A DNA stretch of 64,000 nucleotides, taken from NCBI GenBank assembly GCA_038496445.1, contig JALMLS010000374.1:222004-286003 (forward strand). The letters run 5' to 3'. This document shows positions 25,535 through 39,240 of this stretch, piece after piece. The notes under the pieces were generated by a model, which was given only the letters and a program-made list of their open reading frames with translations, did not search any database and was not told where the DNA came from. Source of the stretch: Trichosphaerium sp. ATCC 40318. Taxonomy: Eukaryota > Protista > Tubulinea. Position 1 is the stretch's first letter. Every line of letters starts with the position of its first letter. Position numbers and translations under genes: made by a program.

Positions 25535-28500
25535 ATGTCCAACTATTACAAATACACAACCATACCAAAAGGCATCAAAGTAGTAAACTTTAAAGAGGCT
25601 AGCGTGACGGATGGTAAAGATTATTTTGCTGGTACGTATTGATTGCCTGTTTTTGGCCTTAATTTGCGTTTTCCCGTTGAACTATTAGCGGTATATGTTA
25701 TTTAGAGGTCCTTTTGCTTCTCTTGTTATTAGTTTAACTGATTCGTTTCGATCAGAGTTTGAAGAAGAGCACAAGCTTAATGAAAGCCCTGACGCGTTAA
25801 AAACCGATAAACCAGTCCTGTCAGTAAAGGGTATGCATCTAACGTCATTGACATTTTGCTAACAAATTGTTTACACCAGTTATCGCATGCCAAGAGCTTA
25901 TGGCTGTCGATCAAAGCACACTAGCAGACGCATACGTCATGCTAGAATTGCATGGCACAAAATTCAAAACAAAAACTGTGAAAAAGACTCTTGAGCCTAT
26001 ATTTAAACAAACATTCGTGTTGTACGCACTTTAAAGCAAGAAAAATCCTTTTTGACACCAAAAAACCGTTTTATGACTTTTTAAACTGCTCTAACAAAAT
26101 CATAGTGACATTGATCCTAATAAATACAATGAAATGGCTGTATACGCTTATTCTAGCGCAAAATTACGAGCAGATGATTTTCTTGGTGTGGTGTATTTAG
26201 ATCTCGCTGATATATTAAAAGATAGTCCAAAGGTATGACACGTGAGAGAGATGGAGTACCAGCTTTCATATTTTTTTTTTTCGCGTTAAAGTTTTTTTTT
26301 TGTATTTTTTTGTACGCCTCAAGAGGTGTTTTACGATATTGCTGTGTTTTAATATTTACGTACCTATAGGTAAAGGACTGGTATGAGTTTACACCAAGGA
26401 CATGGGGCGAACCTGTGCGTGGTGAAGTCCATCTCAAGTTCGAAACAAATACTAAATTAATACCTCAAATTCCTGTTCGGTATGTCCTTGTTTTTTGTGC
26501 CTTTGGTTATTGCAATGATAAATAATACTTTTCTTTCTAGCGAGCGTAAAAAGGGTATTTTCGATTTAGATCGTAAGTCACGTGATTTTTTGGTTTTTTT
26601 TTTATTTTAACGACAAGCTGATTGTTTCTTAGTCACGGAGGCTCAGCGTGTTGAGATACTTAGACCAGAGGCTAAACCGAGTCATGCACACTTGGTACAA
26701 GTGACCAAAACAGGGGAATCGTTATTAAAGTTTATAAAACTACTTACAGGTACGAGGCCAGTTTATACTCTGTATGTTGAAAACCAGAAATATGGTTCTT
26801 TATTACGTTTACTTCACGGCTACTCTATATCTTCCGAAATACATTTTTCGCTAAATTTGCTACAAATGAATTTCAGCGCCAATCAAAAAAATCACTGACT
26901 TTTTGGAAAGATGCAGAAAGTTAAACTTGTAACTTGTTTCTCACTTCTTTTTTAAGTTATCTCCTCCGCTTGTCTAATCCATTTTTAGCTGACATGACAT
27001 CTGCTGCTGATGAAAAACCTGCATCTGTAGCTCCTGTTACCACTCCAGAAAAGAGGAAACGAATCAAGTACGTGTTATGAAGAAGACCAAGCTCTTATTA
27101 TATATTGGTTCTTTATACCTATTTCTTTTAATTTATATGGTTCCATTTAAATCGTTCGCATATGTATTATATAGCTAGAAGGCGGAAAAACACGTTACGA
27201 AACTCATTCTTGAGAGGGTGGGCATCTTTTTTTTTTACCGTCCTTTGCAGACATTTTAAGTAAGGCTTCTTTAAGATAGGAGTACAAATTGACATTTTTT
27301 GTCTTTTTCAAATGTACCATTTGTACTCTTATTGTAGTGTGTGCGCAATCTAGCGTTTATATTCTAATTTAACACGTTGTTCGTTTATATGTTGCATATA
27401 AATGAAGTAGCCTTGCTTATTGTCTTGTCAATCGCATAGATTAAAAAGGTTATTAACAATACCTTTCAGTTCTTTGTTCCGATCAAGAAAGCCTAAAGGA
27501 CCTCAATGGTCTTTTGTCATGGAAGAGGATTGGTCAAAAGATAGCGGTGGTAAAGATGAACCAGTTGTATCAGAGGGTGCTTCTGGATTACCCGAAGAGG
27601 TACTTGAGTGTCATAACAGAACAGATCGACTAACTTTTTTGTATTAGCTTTTGTACAATGTTTTTCTCTTCTTGAATGCAATGCAGAGGATCAATGCTTC
27701 AAGAGTTTGCAGGCAATGGTGTCGTATTTTGGGTGATAGGTAGGTTTCTACCACAGTAGTTGATTAAGCGTTAACATACTTGTTTTAGTTCCCTAAAGGC
27801 GCCTGCAGTAGAATGTTTAGAGCTCATACAACTGGTACATAATTTTTTTTTTGTAGGTGTTGTTCACTAAAAATCTCTTTTAGGCCGCTGCAAATAATGA
27901 TCCCAATACAATAAACAAAGCGTGTGAAAAGATATTACCTATTATTGTATGTCTTGATAATATAGTAGCGTGGAACGCTACAGGATACAGTGAGTTATCT
28001 TTCTTTTCCTTTTTTTTTTTTTTCTATTACCCTTTTTTTTTTCTTCTTCTTCTAATGCTTTTGAAGCTCAGTTTGGTTTCAGTCATGAAAATATTTTGTC
28101 TGTATGTGAAAAAATTGCACTGGTTGATGCTTTGATGGCTTATGTTGAGTTATTATGTCGATATGATATGTGGTTGGTACGTAAACAATAAATGTGTTTT
28201 TTTTGTTTACTGATACTTTTTTTTTTCGTAGAAAAGCCTTGGTGCTATTTGTCCTCAGATTAAGAGTTTATTTACCTTCTTTGAAAATAATCAGTACGTC
28301 ATAGTTATAAGAAATAATGTTTTGTTTAATTTTATTATAGTGGGACAGCGATGCTTGGAACGTCAATCGAAGCGTATGATGTACTAAAGATCAAGTATGA
28401 AAAAAAATAATTGTGGAGTGTAAACTGATTTTTTTCCCTAAAGGCTTGACTTCTCGTTTTGGTCGTCCTTGAATGGATTCTTCTCTTTAAATTCAATGAT

Positions 28501-28982
28501 GGATGATGTTCTATCTAGAATGATTACTAGTGAACATTTTGGACAAGCTGTTGTTGAGATTATGAGTACAGCAGTCCAAATGATCAAAAAGAAAAGGTAT
28601 GAAGGCGAACTTAATTTTTTTTTTGTTTGTTTTTATTGGTTTACGGTTGACGTTGATACCAGGTTTACGTCTGAGAAAGAAGTCAAATATTGCGTCAGAG
28701 TAATAAGTAACATGTTTATTATTATGAGCGCTATGAAACAAACCATCAAAGGTACTTTTTGAGATGTCAACTAGACTTGTTTTTTTTGAAAACAATTTTT
28801 TTGTTTTTCACTGTTTTTTTCTAAAGTCACGTGCTTACACCGTCTTTTTTTTTATTACAGCTAAATTGAGCATAAACCTTCGTAAAGAAAAGAGGAAGAT
28901 TTTCAAGATGGTAGAGAAGTATAAACACTTATTACCAAAATGGCAATGGGAGAAAACTCAATACTACATCAACTTCGTCTAA
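25535..28982 (+). CDS. C2-domain + F-box protein, multi-exon
   Basis: C2: VIACQELMAVD...DAYVMLELHGTKFKTKTVKKTLEPIF...DDFLGVV...DWYEF...GEVHLKF. F-box: GLPEE|LLYNVFLFLNAMQRINASRVCRQWCRI. Helical C-terminus ends INFV*. Confidence 0.75.
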
Positions 28983-29679
28983 AGAGAAAGAAAGCCTGCT
29001 TTTTTTTGGACTTGAATATTCGGGCACTTCTGTTTAGGTGATCTGCACCTAAAAGGTACATGGTGGGTGTTGTACTTAATAGATGAGTCTTCCACGAGTT
29101 ATGTTTTGTTTTTTTTTTACCTTTTTTGCTTTGGTTTATACTTGACATGTCTCATGCACCAGAAAGAACTTGTTTACCTTTGTCTGATTATATTATGTAA
29201 AAAAGGTTTATTTGGTACCTTCATCTGTAATTCAAGTATTGGATATATATCAATGGTATGAACACCAGAGAGTGTTTGATACCTTTATCTTTATGTTTCT
29301 GCACTTAAAAAATACCAGAAAAATCTAAGATATTTATTTCCGATCCTTGAATTTTTTTTGTACGCCGTAGAGTACTGTTAGCGCCTTTGCTTGTTGAACA
29401 GTCGAAATAGTGACGCTATCGTATCCGCCAACACCATGAATGATAGAAGTGAGCCAGCTACATGTTTGACAAGCTGCAATCTCTCTGTCACAAAAAGAAA
29501 TGCACGTAATTCCAAGGCTGGAGTGCAAACCAAAGAACAGCTGTCTCAACGAGCTGCAAAATTTCAATGCCTGAGCTCTTCTCGCTAGCGCAGAAGACGG
29601 TTAGCGAAGTCAGAATATTTCTCGATGCAAATGTATTCTAAAGAATAAGCGGTTAACTCCCTTATCGAGAAAACAACTT

Positions 29680-32254
29680 ATGACCAAAAGCAATAGGTCC
29701 TCGTTGAACGCTTTGGTGTTTTTGCCTCTATTGGTATCACTATTGGCTTTAGTACATGCCCAAGAACAATTAGAGATTAGCGTACCATTCTGGACAGCCT
29801 CTCTAGGTCAAATAAAAACAGTACACTCCATGCTCTCCACATCATTTATTTATTTTCCGCCGTTATTTTAATCCTTCTTTAGACGCCTTCGATACACGTT
29901 GTACCTAATCCTTATTACCTACGTGGAAGGTACAAAAAAACAAGATTTTTATTAAAATCACGTGTCATTTTAACTAACCGGTTTTGTTTCGTTAAAAAAA
30001 ACAGTCCTATTCATGATAACCTTTTCGATTCTTTAAAGTCTGTTAACGTTAACCTCACTTCGTTTGTATTTTGGTTTCCATACCCTGCGTTATCTGTTGC
30101 AGAACTACATGAGCCTCAAGGAAACCCACATTGTGTTGTTATACCTGAAAAAAGCTCTGGGTACATAAGGTGTAGTCAAGGATACATTGAAAGTATAGAA
30201 CAAGTCTTTTATGGAAATCCAACTGGACGATGTGGGTATGTTCTTTGTTTATACGTACGCTCTTATAGTGGTTCCTAGAGAATTCAAAGCAGGCTCTTGT
30301 GATAATCTAAAAGCACGTGGTATAGTAGAGAAGATGTGTTTGAAACAGCAATTGTGTACTATTGATGTCACTAGCTCTTTATTCTCAAGGTAACAATGTC
30401 ATCACCAGTTCATAAAACGGTCCCTTACATGTTTCTTACAAGTGAATGTAAGAATCCTATACTAGCAGTTCAAGCGCGATGCAGGTAGTATAAATATCTT
30501 CTTATCTAATGCAAGTAATTTTGACTCAACAGCATCTACACAAACACTACATCATGGAATTTCGAGTTTCTTGATGAAGTTGTTGACGATTTTTTGGAAG
30601 CTCAAGGTGATGCTCCATTTATACTTGATTTCTCGGTTACACCTAAATGGATGATGAACTCAGCAACTCCACCTCCATTACCGTACAACTTCAACTCAGT
30701 AAGATCAGTGAAAGCAAACTTGAAGCTCCAATAAGTCATGCTTAGAGAAGGTTGCTTATTATGTTGTTTAGGTTTGGTGGTCTTATAGTCCTATTGTTGA
30801 GTTTAGGGACCCTACATACTACGAGCTAGCTCAATATAATAGGCGTCTTTTACAGTATTATTTCAAGGGCGAGATGATAGATGAGTATGGCCGTGTTTTC
30901 AAGCGACCTGGAGGTCCCATAAAGACAAATTATGTTCAAGTATTAAATGAGGTACTAATTTTTTTTTGACACACGTGCTGTTGAGCGCTAAAGTTTTGGA
31001 TCCTAGCCTGCTCCAAAAAGTTGGGTTGAGTATACTAAAAAGTATGATGCTATTGTTGGTGCTGTAAAGGATGAGTTGCCTGAAGTTGAGTTTTTGGGAC
31101 TAGTTCTGGAGCAAATGGGTTCAGTAGAGTGGTATGAGTATTTTCTGAATATGAGCAATCACGCATCTAAGGTAAGTAAAGTCGCGGAAAAGGACAAGCA
31201 ACAACTTTTTTTTTTCTAAGTCACGTTTTTTTTTGTTGAAGCATTGAGTTCTAGGATATACCTGTTGATTGGATTTCTTTTCATTTTTACGCATCTCCTA
31301 AATCAGGAAATAACGCTACGGAAATCGAGGAGATTTTTCCTTTGATAGATGGTGCCTTGCAAAAAGGAAGAGAAATAGTCAAAATCAGGTAATTTTTTTC
31401 TTCGAAGACTAAATGTCAACATGATTCTCACCATCTGTCAAAAGGGATAAACTACTTCCAAGTGTTAAGCTTGCCGTTAATGAGTTGGTAATATAATTTG
31501 AGAGTATTAAAGCTGTTTGATTTCTGATATTTGAGTTAGGGCGTTATCACCCAGCCTCCCTTTTCTGACTTATTTTGGATCGCATGTTCTTCTTATTATG
31601 CTTACGGATATACTCAGTTTGGCTTAATGGGAGTGAACGCTGTTCACTCAAGCCAACTTCTTGGTTATATATCACAAGTGAGGTGTTGTACATAATAGTT
31701 TATTTACACCTTTAGTTCCCAGCTGTGACCATGGTTGATTCAGAAACGGGTGCGTCCTAAGTTGATTTTTTTTGAAGCAATTTTTTTAAGTTCAAGTCGT
31801 AGCTTACTTACCATCATTTAGGAAAACCAAATGCTAGGTTGCATACACTGAACCTTCTTATTGAAAATATAGATGTTCACAATGACGAGTTTGTAACTAC
31901 CCTTGTGTCATCACCAACAGAGTAAGTTGATTTATTGGATAGGGTTTTTTTGTGTTTTTAACGATTTTGAATAGCATCTTCGCACAAGCTGTACTGAAGA
32001 AGACTGGAGAAAAAATGATAATAGTTGGAAGCAAAAGGAGCAAGGTACTTAAAGCAAAAAACCCCCAAGTATTCACATGAACACAAACAACAATTTAGAC
32101 TCAAAGTATTAAAATTGAAAATATAAGTGGAGCAACTTTTCAATATGTCGATATTTCTACTGGAAATAATCCACCAGCAAAGAAGATTCTAAGCTCAGAT
32201 ACACTAGTTCTTCAACCTTTTTCATGGGGCATTATACATCTTGTAAAGAACTAA
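29680..32254 (+). CDS. Secreted glycoside hydrolase (GH39-like) with an inserted SUEL/galactose-binding lectin domain
   Basis: Signal peptide; WFPYPALSVAEL, TSWNFEFLD, VLNE (acid/base), WISFHFYA, VNEL (nucleophile), SQLLGY, FPAVTMVD, GKPNAR. Lectin: IRCSQGYIESIEQVFYGNPTGRC...GSC...VEKMCLKQQLCTIDV...LAVQARC. Confidence 0.8.
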
Positions 32255-32991
32255 AAAAGTAATAAACTAAGATATTCTCAGAGATCCGATTTGCTTTTTT
32301 TTCTTGTTTGCTGTCATGTCTAACAGCTTGAGAAAAACACAACATTGGATCAATACAAGATACAAGTAGCGAATATCTCAACATGTATGCACAATAACGT
32401 ACAAATCCCTTCTAGGCTGTACCATAAGTTCAACATTTCATACCGTTTATCGTAGTAACTTGAACGTCCTGGTTTTTCGCGTTTGCCGGGTTGAAGTCCA
32501 TGGCATTTTGTTTGGAGGCTCGGCAGGGCGACAATGCTTCCATTTTATAGTGTGTTTATTACTTTAGTTCACCACGTGAATATTAGAGGAGCAAGAAAAA
32601 CACAAACAATTGCAAGTTTTCTGTGAACGTTTTGTCGAACTGTTACACAAACCCGAAATGCTGTCTGACTTAATTCCTATATTTCTAGTACTGAAGCACG
32701 TTTATTTTGTGCACAGTTTACACAATTCTGCCCTTGAGAAAATAAGATACAAGCTGAGAAAACTGTGCACAAAATTGTTTCGTCGGCTGACGGAATATGG
32801 AGAGTCTGAAAGCCTGTCCGTACTTATAAGACGTTCTATACACTCTTGAGTACGTTGTCAAGGTTTAATAGTAGAATTGTGTCAAGTAACACAAAACGTT
32901 TCGCGAAATCAAGTTTTAGCTTAAAAATAAAAATAGGTCAAATTCGGTCGTTTTCAAGACAACTTGAGATCAAAATTACTAAAGAACCACA

Positions 32992-34022
32992 ATGGCTGAA
33001 TCAAAGGGAAGCAAATCACCAGACTACAAGCTCCTAGACCTTGGAAACTCTGATAAACAGATAAAATTAACTATTGGCATTATTTCAGGTAGCGGTATCG
33101 CTCCAGTAGACTTAGGAGGTGTGTCTTAGCGTAAAAATACGTTTTAATCGTTTTGTTTTATTTATAGCAATCAAAATTCTAATCGCACTCTTTTACAGGC
33201 GTATCTAATCCTTACGTTAAGTTCTTGATCACCAATAAGGTACGAACTAAATTATAGATCTATTGTGTCTGTTTTTGGATTCGAAAACGTGTTTTGTTAA
33301 TTTTATGTATAGGATAAAGCTGAAGTGCCTATTTCTTTTAAAAACAATAAACTTTCTGGACAGACGTTTGCTAAATACACTACCCTTGTTCCTAAATGGA
33401 ATAAGAAGTTTAAATTCACACTGGATGAGCTGCCTGAGAACAAGATTTTAAAAATAGAGTGCTGGTACGTTACATGATTATCCACCTTTAAAAAACCTTC
33501 ACAGTTTTGCAAAAAACGACCTACTGCCATTTGACTGTTAGAACATGGAGTAGTATCCCCGATCTATTAAGTTTAATCAAGGCATTTAAAAGGGTTTTAA
33601 ACGACTTAGTTAATGCGTAAGCGTTTACTTACGCTTTAACTGAATGCTATTTTCTTTTTGTTTTTTTTTATTACTTCGAAACTTCCATTTTTGGGTTGAT
33701 TTACAGTTTATTGGAAACCTTTGTTCCTTTTCGAAGGCGATAATACTAATAATGTATACATAGGCATAAAAATTTAGTATTGTCAAATGTTTACATGGGA
33801 GAAGCAATCCTTGACATCTCAAAATATATCAAGGAGCAGTACGAAAAATGTGACAACTACAAACAGTTGCATGAAGCTCTATCTGGTGGACAACCTATTG
33901 TCATGTCATTAGTACCTGGTAAGGTTGATATCAAAGGTGTTTGGGAGGTAGAGGGCTCTATAACTGTTGAGTTTCACATTGATATTCCAGCATACAACGA
34001 AGCAAGTGTAAACGAAAAGTAA
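32992..34022 (+). CDS. C2-domain protein, 4 exons
   Basis: LTIGIISGSGIAPVDLGG|VSNPYVKF...TLVPKWNKKFKF...LKIECW|HKNLVLSNVYMGEAILDI...GSITVEF. Confidence 0.8.
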
Positions 34023-34362
34023 AGATTAGTTCCCCAATAAAAACCAACTCCGGTAAACCATTAACAACTTTATTCGACTGTCATCATTCTACATACCTAA
34101 GACGGTCTTGAAATTGCAGTATTGCTTAGGTTTTGTTACTTGTAACCGTAATGAGAGACGTCAAATGTAACTAGTCTTGGAGTTGTTGGTTAACCTTTGT
34201 ATGACTAACAGATAACCAAACCAATGTAAGAGAGGCACACAGTGACTCTTGGGAATGGTACACGACTATACAGCCGTGACTTGGTGAGATCCGAGTTTGA
34301 ACTCTGACGAAACTCTGAATTGACTTCCCTTTACCTCTTGGCTATATTTCTGCTTTTACATA

Positions 34363-35752
34363 ATGACTAGTACTCTTTCTGCAATCATTTTATCGTCTAA
34401 TGGTGAAGCTCTATACAATAGAATCACCTGTCATACGAAATGGAAACAATTAGGCTCAAGTACGAATGAGGTAGAGTGTACTTTTTTTAATAGCGCTTAG
34501 AGAGTTCAGTTACGCTCAGAAACATCGCTATCAATACAATAAGCGATAATTTGAACGATATTAAAAAAGCGGATGTCATTTTGGCTGATCCTAGTTCTAC
34601 AACTCTTAAAGCTATCATAGAATCCAATCCGAGCGATTTTAGCTCTTTAAAGTGGCTTATGTCAACATGGGCAGGTGTTGACGCAATTTGTTCTTCTCCG
34701 TTAATAAGCGACTCTTTATTTCATTTCACACGCGTTGGAGGTAATGATTGTATTCATTTGATTTTTCTCACAGAATGAAGGGATTTTTGGCCAACAGATG
34801 GCTGCACACTCGCTATCATTAGTCTTGGCGCAAGAAACTAAGCTGTTCTCATACAAAGAGTACCAACGAAAGCACGAATGGCACAAGTTAAAGAAACGTC
34901 AACTGACAAGTGTGGTCGTCAGTATGTGGGCTGTTTTATAGTACTATACATTCCTCTGACAGTATTCTTTTAGGTATTATGGGTTACGGGGATATAGGTC
35001 AAGAGTGTGTCGAGGTAATGAAGCCATTCAATTTCAAGATGAGGTACAACACGTGCAAGTTTGTAAGTCATCATTTTCTGACATGAGACTTTTTTGGTGT
35101 TTAGAGCCTTGGTCCGTGATAAGACAAAACATAAATCTGTTGATGGTCTCAAGCTTTATAATACATCTGAGATATCAGAAATGATAAAGGGATCTGATTA
35201 TTTGATCAACATATTGCCGCATACATCTGAAACTGTCGGATTGTTAAATGGTAAAAAAACACTTTGTTTTTATTGTAGTTTTTATTCTGACGTTTCTTGA
35301 AAAGGCGATATGCTGTCTCATGCTAAAGATTGTTATTTCATAAACATGGGTCGTGGTAGTATAATAGATATACCAACATTGCAAAAAGCGCTTAATGAAG
35401 GATGGCTATCAGGTATCTTAGACAAGCCTCCATAATTATTTTTTCTCTTTTTTATTATCGCATCAGTTTCAGACATTAATGTTCCTTTAAGGCGCGGCTA
35501 TCGATGTATTTGACCAACCAGAACCTCTTCCTGTAGGTGATGTACTTTGGGACCTTAAAAATGTCATTGGTACACTCCATGAACTCCATTTTTTATTTAT
35601 TAATATCATGCAACTAAAAAATTATAGTTACACCTCATATTGCTGGTATAAGCTTCCCAGAGGATGTTGGTGATTTATTCGTTGAACAGTTGTGTCGCTT
35701 CGTAAATGGAGAAGAATTAAAGTACCTTGTAGATAGACAAAAACAGTACTAA
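34363..35752 (+). CDS. D-isomer-specific 2-hydroxyacid dehydrogenase (GhrA-like), multi-exon
   Basis: LKWLMSTWAGVD, GIFGQQMA, IMGYGDIG (NAD binding), DYLINILPHTSETVGLLN, FINMGRG, AAIDVFDQPEPLP, TPHIAG. Confidence 0.9.
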
Positions 35753-36092
35753 GTAAACCAATATTAGAAAACACCCTTCTTCTTTGTTTTTTTTTTTCGG
35801 TTTGTGACAGCACTGAAACTTATTTCATGGCGTGTCTTACGGTATGTGACCACCAATGAACACCGTAATAGCCATTATACCGCATAAAGCGAACTTCTTT
35901 TTCAAGAAACCATAAGACACGTGAACAAGTGTAAGCACGCTCAGAACACTTACTAGGAACTCTGTAGACTAAAGAAAAAGCGCTTTTAAGAAGTTGGGAT
36001 TGTAGAAAAAACCAGAAACACTCGTGTGATCAAGTTGGTAATATTTATGTACATAGTACTGCTACACGTGCGTGATATACAAATAGATTGAT

Positions 36093-36275
36093 TTATCTTA
36101 GTTTCTCGCTTTTTCCACGTGATTTCTGAGTTGATCCAAGTCTTCCTTCTCCAACTTCTTTATAAACTGAACCATAGCCAAGTACTACTGCTACAATGCA
36201 TATAAGAAGTATTGAAAGTAATACTCCACGTGAAACGAGCTGGAAAGTATCAGGATTTGACCAGTTTATATCCAT
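36093..36275 (-). CDS. Small single-pass membrane protein (60 aa)
   Basis: ATG-initiated ORF with one clean hydrophobic helix (GVLLSILLICIVAVVLGY) and a basic C-terminal tail. Confidence 0.45.
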   Translation of the reverse strand: MDINWSNPDTFQLVSRGVLLSILLICIVAVVLGYGSVYKEVGEGRLGSTQKSRGKSEKLR

Positions 36276-36551
36276 GTTGTAAGGTGTGCCTTTAACAAGT
36301 TTTCACAAAAAGGAAACAAAATAGTCCTGAATAGTAGTCACCGGGAACTAAAAAGTGCTTTGTACGAACTTAAGTAAACATAATATAAACGTGCAACATA
36401 GATTTTGCTTTGTAAGTAGTCCGTCGAGTGTTTGTACTGGTTAAAAAACGAGCGTTTAGAATGAGCCAAAAAAGTGATGTTGGATTGATTGTAACGATCG
36501 AAAAGTGTTGTAAGTGATCTACTTGGTGTTGGGCAAAAAACAAGAGTAAAT

Positions 36552-36623
36552 GGTCGTACAGCTCAGCTGGTTAGAGCGCTGTGCTAATAACACAGGATCC
36601 ATGGTTGAATTTCATACAGGTTA
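36552..36623 (+). pseudogene. Decayed tRNA-Ile(AAT) copy
   Basis: GGTCGTACAGCTCAGCTGGTTAGAGCGCTGTGCTAATAACACAGG matches the 5' two-thirds of the tRNA at 46610; T-loop (GGTTGAAT) and 3' acceptor strand are degenerate. Confidence 0.75.
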
Positions 36624-37030
36624 ATAGTTGCACCTAAGTATGGCGACATGATGAAGCATCGCAACAGTGCCTCATAGTCTATCCATTATACTTTTAGACA
36701 TGGACCTACTCTTGGTACTACTCATAGTTTGGCTTTGTCAATATGTATATTGAGCGATTGGTAATTAATTAGTTGTTCCTGAAATTGTTTGCAAAAATGT
36801 AACGTAGGATGTTATTAATTTCATGGTTGTTACTCCTTATTAAATGTACGAAGCCTTAACTCAAGGGGTCTCTTTATTCAATAATCTGGATCAGTAAGAG
36901 ACTCCTTAGAATAGCCAGTTTGGAACGGCTGTTGTATGTCAAGGGAAATACCCAAATCGTACAAAGACTAATTCCTAACAAGACACTATGCAACTTAACT
37001 AGTTTATTTAGTTTATGAAGGGTATAGGAT

Positions 37031-38085
37031 CTATGCGTGTTTAGCAACAATACACCTTATGTTTCTTTTAGTTAATCTTAATTGAGTTACGGTGGCTGCA
37101 TCATCAAGGTCACTACGAATTTTCAAAAAATTAACGGCAAAAACTTCTGGATCTGTTTCAAGCGCTAGAAAAAGAATGTAAGATACCGAGATTACACTAA
37201 CAGTGAGAGCAAAAAAAATTACATCTAAATAATGAATCAATATATATGAGTCTGTGGTATGTGTATGCATACAAACAACTGAACTCTGTCTTCGTTTTGT
37301 TGATTTTTTCAAAAGACAAAAAAAAAAAAAAAAGAAAGGAGGTGCTGGTACCTAATGCGGTCTTAATTCTATTCTTCGCTTGTACCATTGTATCGTCATC
37401 ATTAACCATTACAACATGATCTTGCTCATTCACCCATTTTTTTCCTTCATAATGACCTTTCAAATAAACAAGCGTCAACAAGTAACAGCAAAACTGAAAA
37501 AAAAAAAGACTACCTTGGTGGATAGTTATTTGTGTAGAAGGTCCCACAGCTCTACCTCGCTGAAAAAACTCAGGTGGTCCATAAGGTACTTTTTGCCATT
37601 GTACAGGCATTGGGTTATCAGGAGGTCCCTAGTAACGTTAGAAACGGTAAAAAAAAGGCAAATCTAAAACACGTGTTTGTTTGCCAAAAAAAAACAAAGA
37701 CCCTACGTAAGGTACTGATACTGTTGCCTTTGATTGCTCATTTTTTTCTCGTATAGCGTTAAACAAGTCCTCTTTAGCTACAAGCGAGGTTAAATGAAAG
37801 TTTTTTACTGAAGAGCTAACGACGACGTCGTACGTGTTTTAAAGATGGCGCAAGACGCTCCAGAAGCGTTTATTCTCGTTTTGTACCATGCAATAGACTC
37901 TTCAAGCTCTGTGCGCTGTTTGGTAACTTCCAGCGCTTCAGATACACCACGTTGTTCGTTTAAAGACTTCAACCGTTCCTCTGTAATTGTTACAAGTTTA
38001 ACGGACCACAAACGTTACCAAGTTGTAAGATTTCTAACTGAAATGAGACAGCAGTGGTGTCTATAGCTTTAACAATGTCTGCCAT
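37031..38085 (-). CDS. Hypothetical protein, N-terminal coiled coil and possible ubiquitin-like C-terminal domain, 6 exons
   Basis: ATG 38085 MADIVKAID; GT-AG joins keep the frame open to ...LDDAATVTQLRLTKRNIRCIVAKHA*. Confidence 0.65.
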
Positions 38086-38494
38086 GTTTCGTGCTTTTTC
38101 TGGTTTTGTAAACAATGAGTTTCATTAAGTAGCAAAAATGCAAACTTAACTTCTCCAGCTTTTTTTTTGACTTTCGTCGTCTGGGTTTGCCTTACAGATC
38201 TCAGAACAAACACTGAGTTTGATTCTTCAACGTTATTAGCAGATGTGACGAGAAAAAAAATCAAATCGGAATATTTGAAGAAAACCCAAACTAGTAAAAA
38301 AGTTGTACAAGGGTAGAGGTTGGAGCTTTGGTTTTTGTTGGTGGATCTGCAGTGATATGCGTGTAACGTTCTCCTTGATTTTACTAGCAGACATCTGATT
38401 CCTGCTTAGCAAAATACAAAATGATACAAGAACTATAAACTCCAGCATTGATTGCATCTTCTATGTACATTACAATTTGGTAAACTACCTACGC

Positions 38495-38742
38495 ACTGTA
38501 TCACCTACAGCTGCACCAACAGTTGGTAGCCTACCACCTGAAATAGTGCTCTCTAGTCCTTTGACAATAGTTGGTGACTTTGTTAACTCAGGGATAGTAC
38601 AATTACTCCAGGAGGCTTGCTTCAAGTTGAAGGTATGTCTAGTATTATTGCTTTATCGCAGTATTTTTCGCACAACTTAATTTCTATGGTAGATTGCTGC
38701 AGCTTTGATTGTCGCTTTCTTGAAATCTAAGTTGAGGCATGC
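38495..38742 (+). pseudogene. Internally deleted, frameshifted duplicate of the 3' part of the gene at 39241-41657
   Basis: 38495-38640 resembles 40980-41127 (exon plus donor) and 38665-38742 resembles 41531-41605 (acceptor plus last exon); the exons between are absent. Confidence 0.8.
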
Positions 38743-39240
38743 TAGAGGGCCTCAAAATTTCCGTTTTGTTTTAAACAGCGTTTTGTAGAAACCTACACAC
38801 TCTTTACGCGTAAGCAACGGCATCTAGAGTATTGTTGCTTGATTTTAGATAGCAATCTACTTAAGAAAACTGTAGCTTCTGTTCGCATATAAACGGAGCT
38901 TTTTGTACAGCGAGACTGAGGCATCATGAGCAAGCTCACATTTTATTGTGTGTGATCTGTAATTTTCAACCAGTGACGTTCTTTTGGCGTATAGATTGTC
39001 CACCTTCAAATACTTTTGGTACACAAAAGCGTGTTATAATTCATCTGCTAAATATCGCATCAAAATGATTGATAAAGCCTCTGTGGGCAGTTAAAAGCAA
39101 ATGAGAGGTTGACAAAAACGTATCACACAACTTTTTGTTTTGATAATAGTTTTGGAAAGCATCACGTGCGTTTCAAAAAGAAATTTACCTTATAGAAAAC
39201 GCTTCATTACACCAAATAATGCTTATTCCTGCTATAGTTA

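Noticed and set aside
36648-36782. ATGATGA...CTGA after the pseudo-tRNA as a tRNA-snoRNA dicistron
   Set aside because: No terminal stem, no recognisable guide, and the tRNA is decayed.
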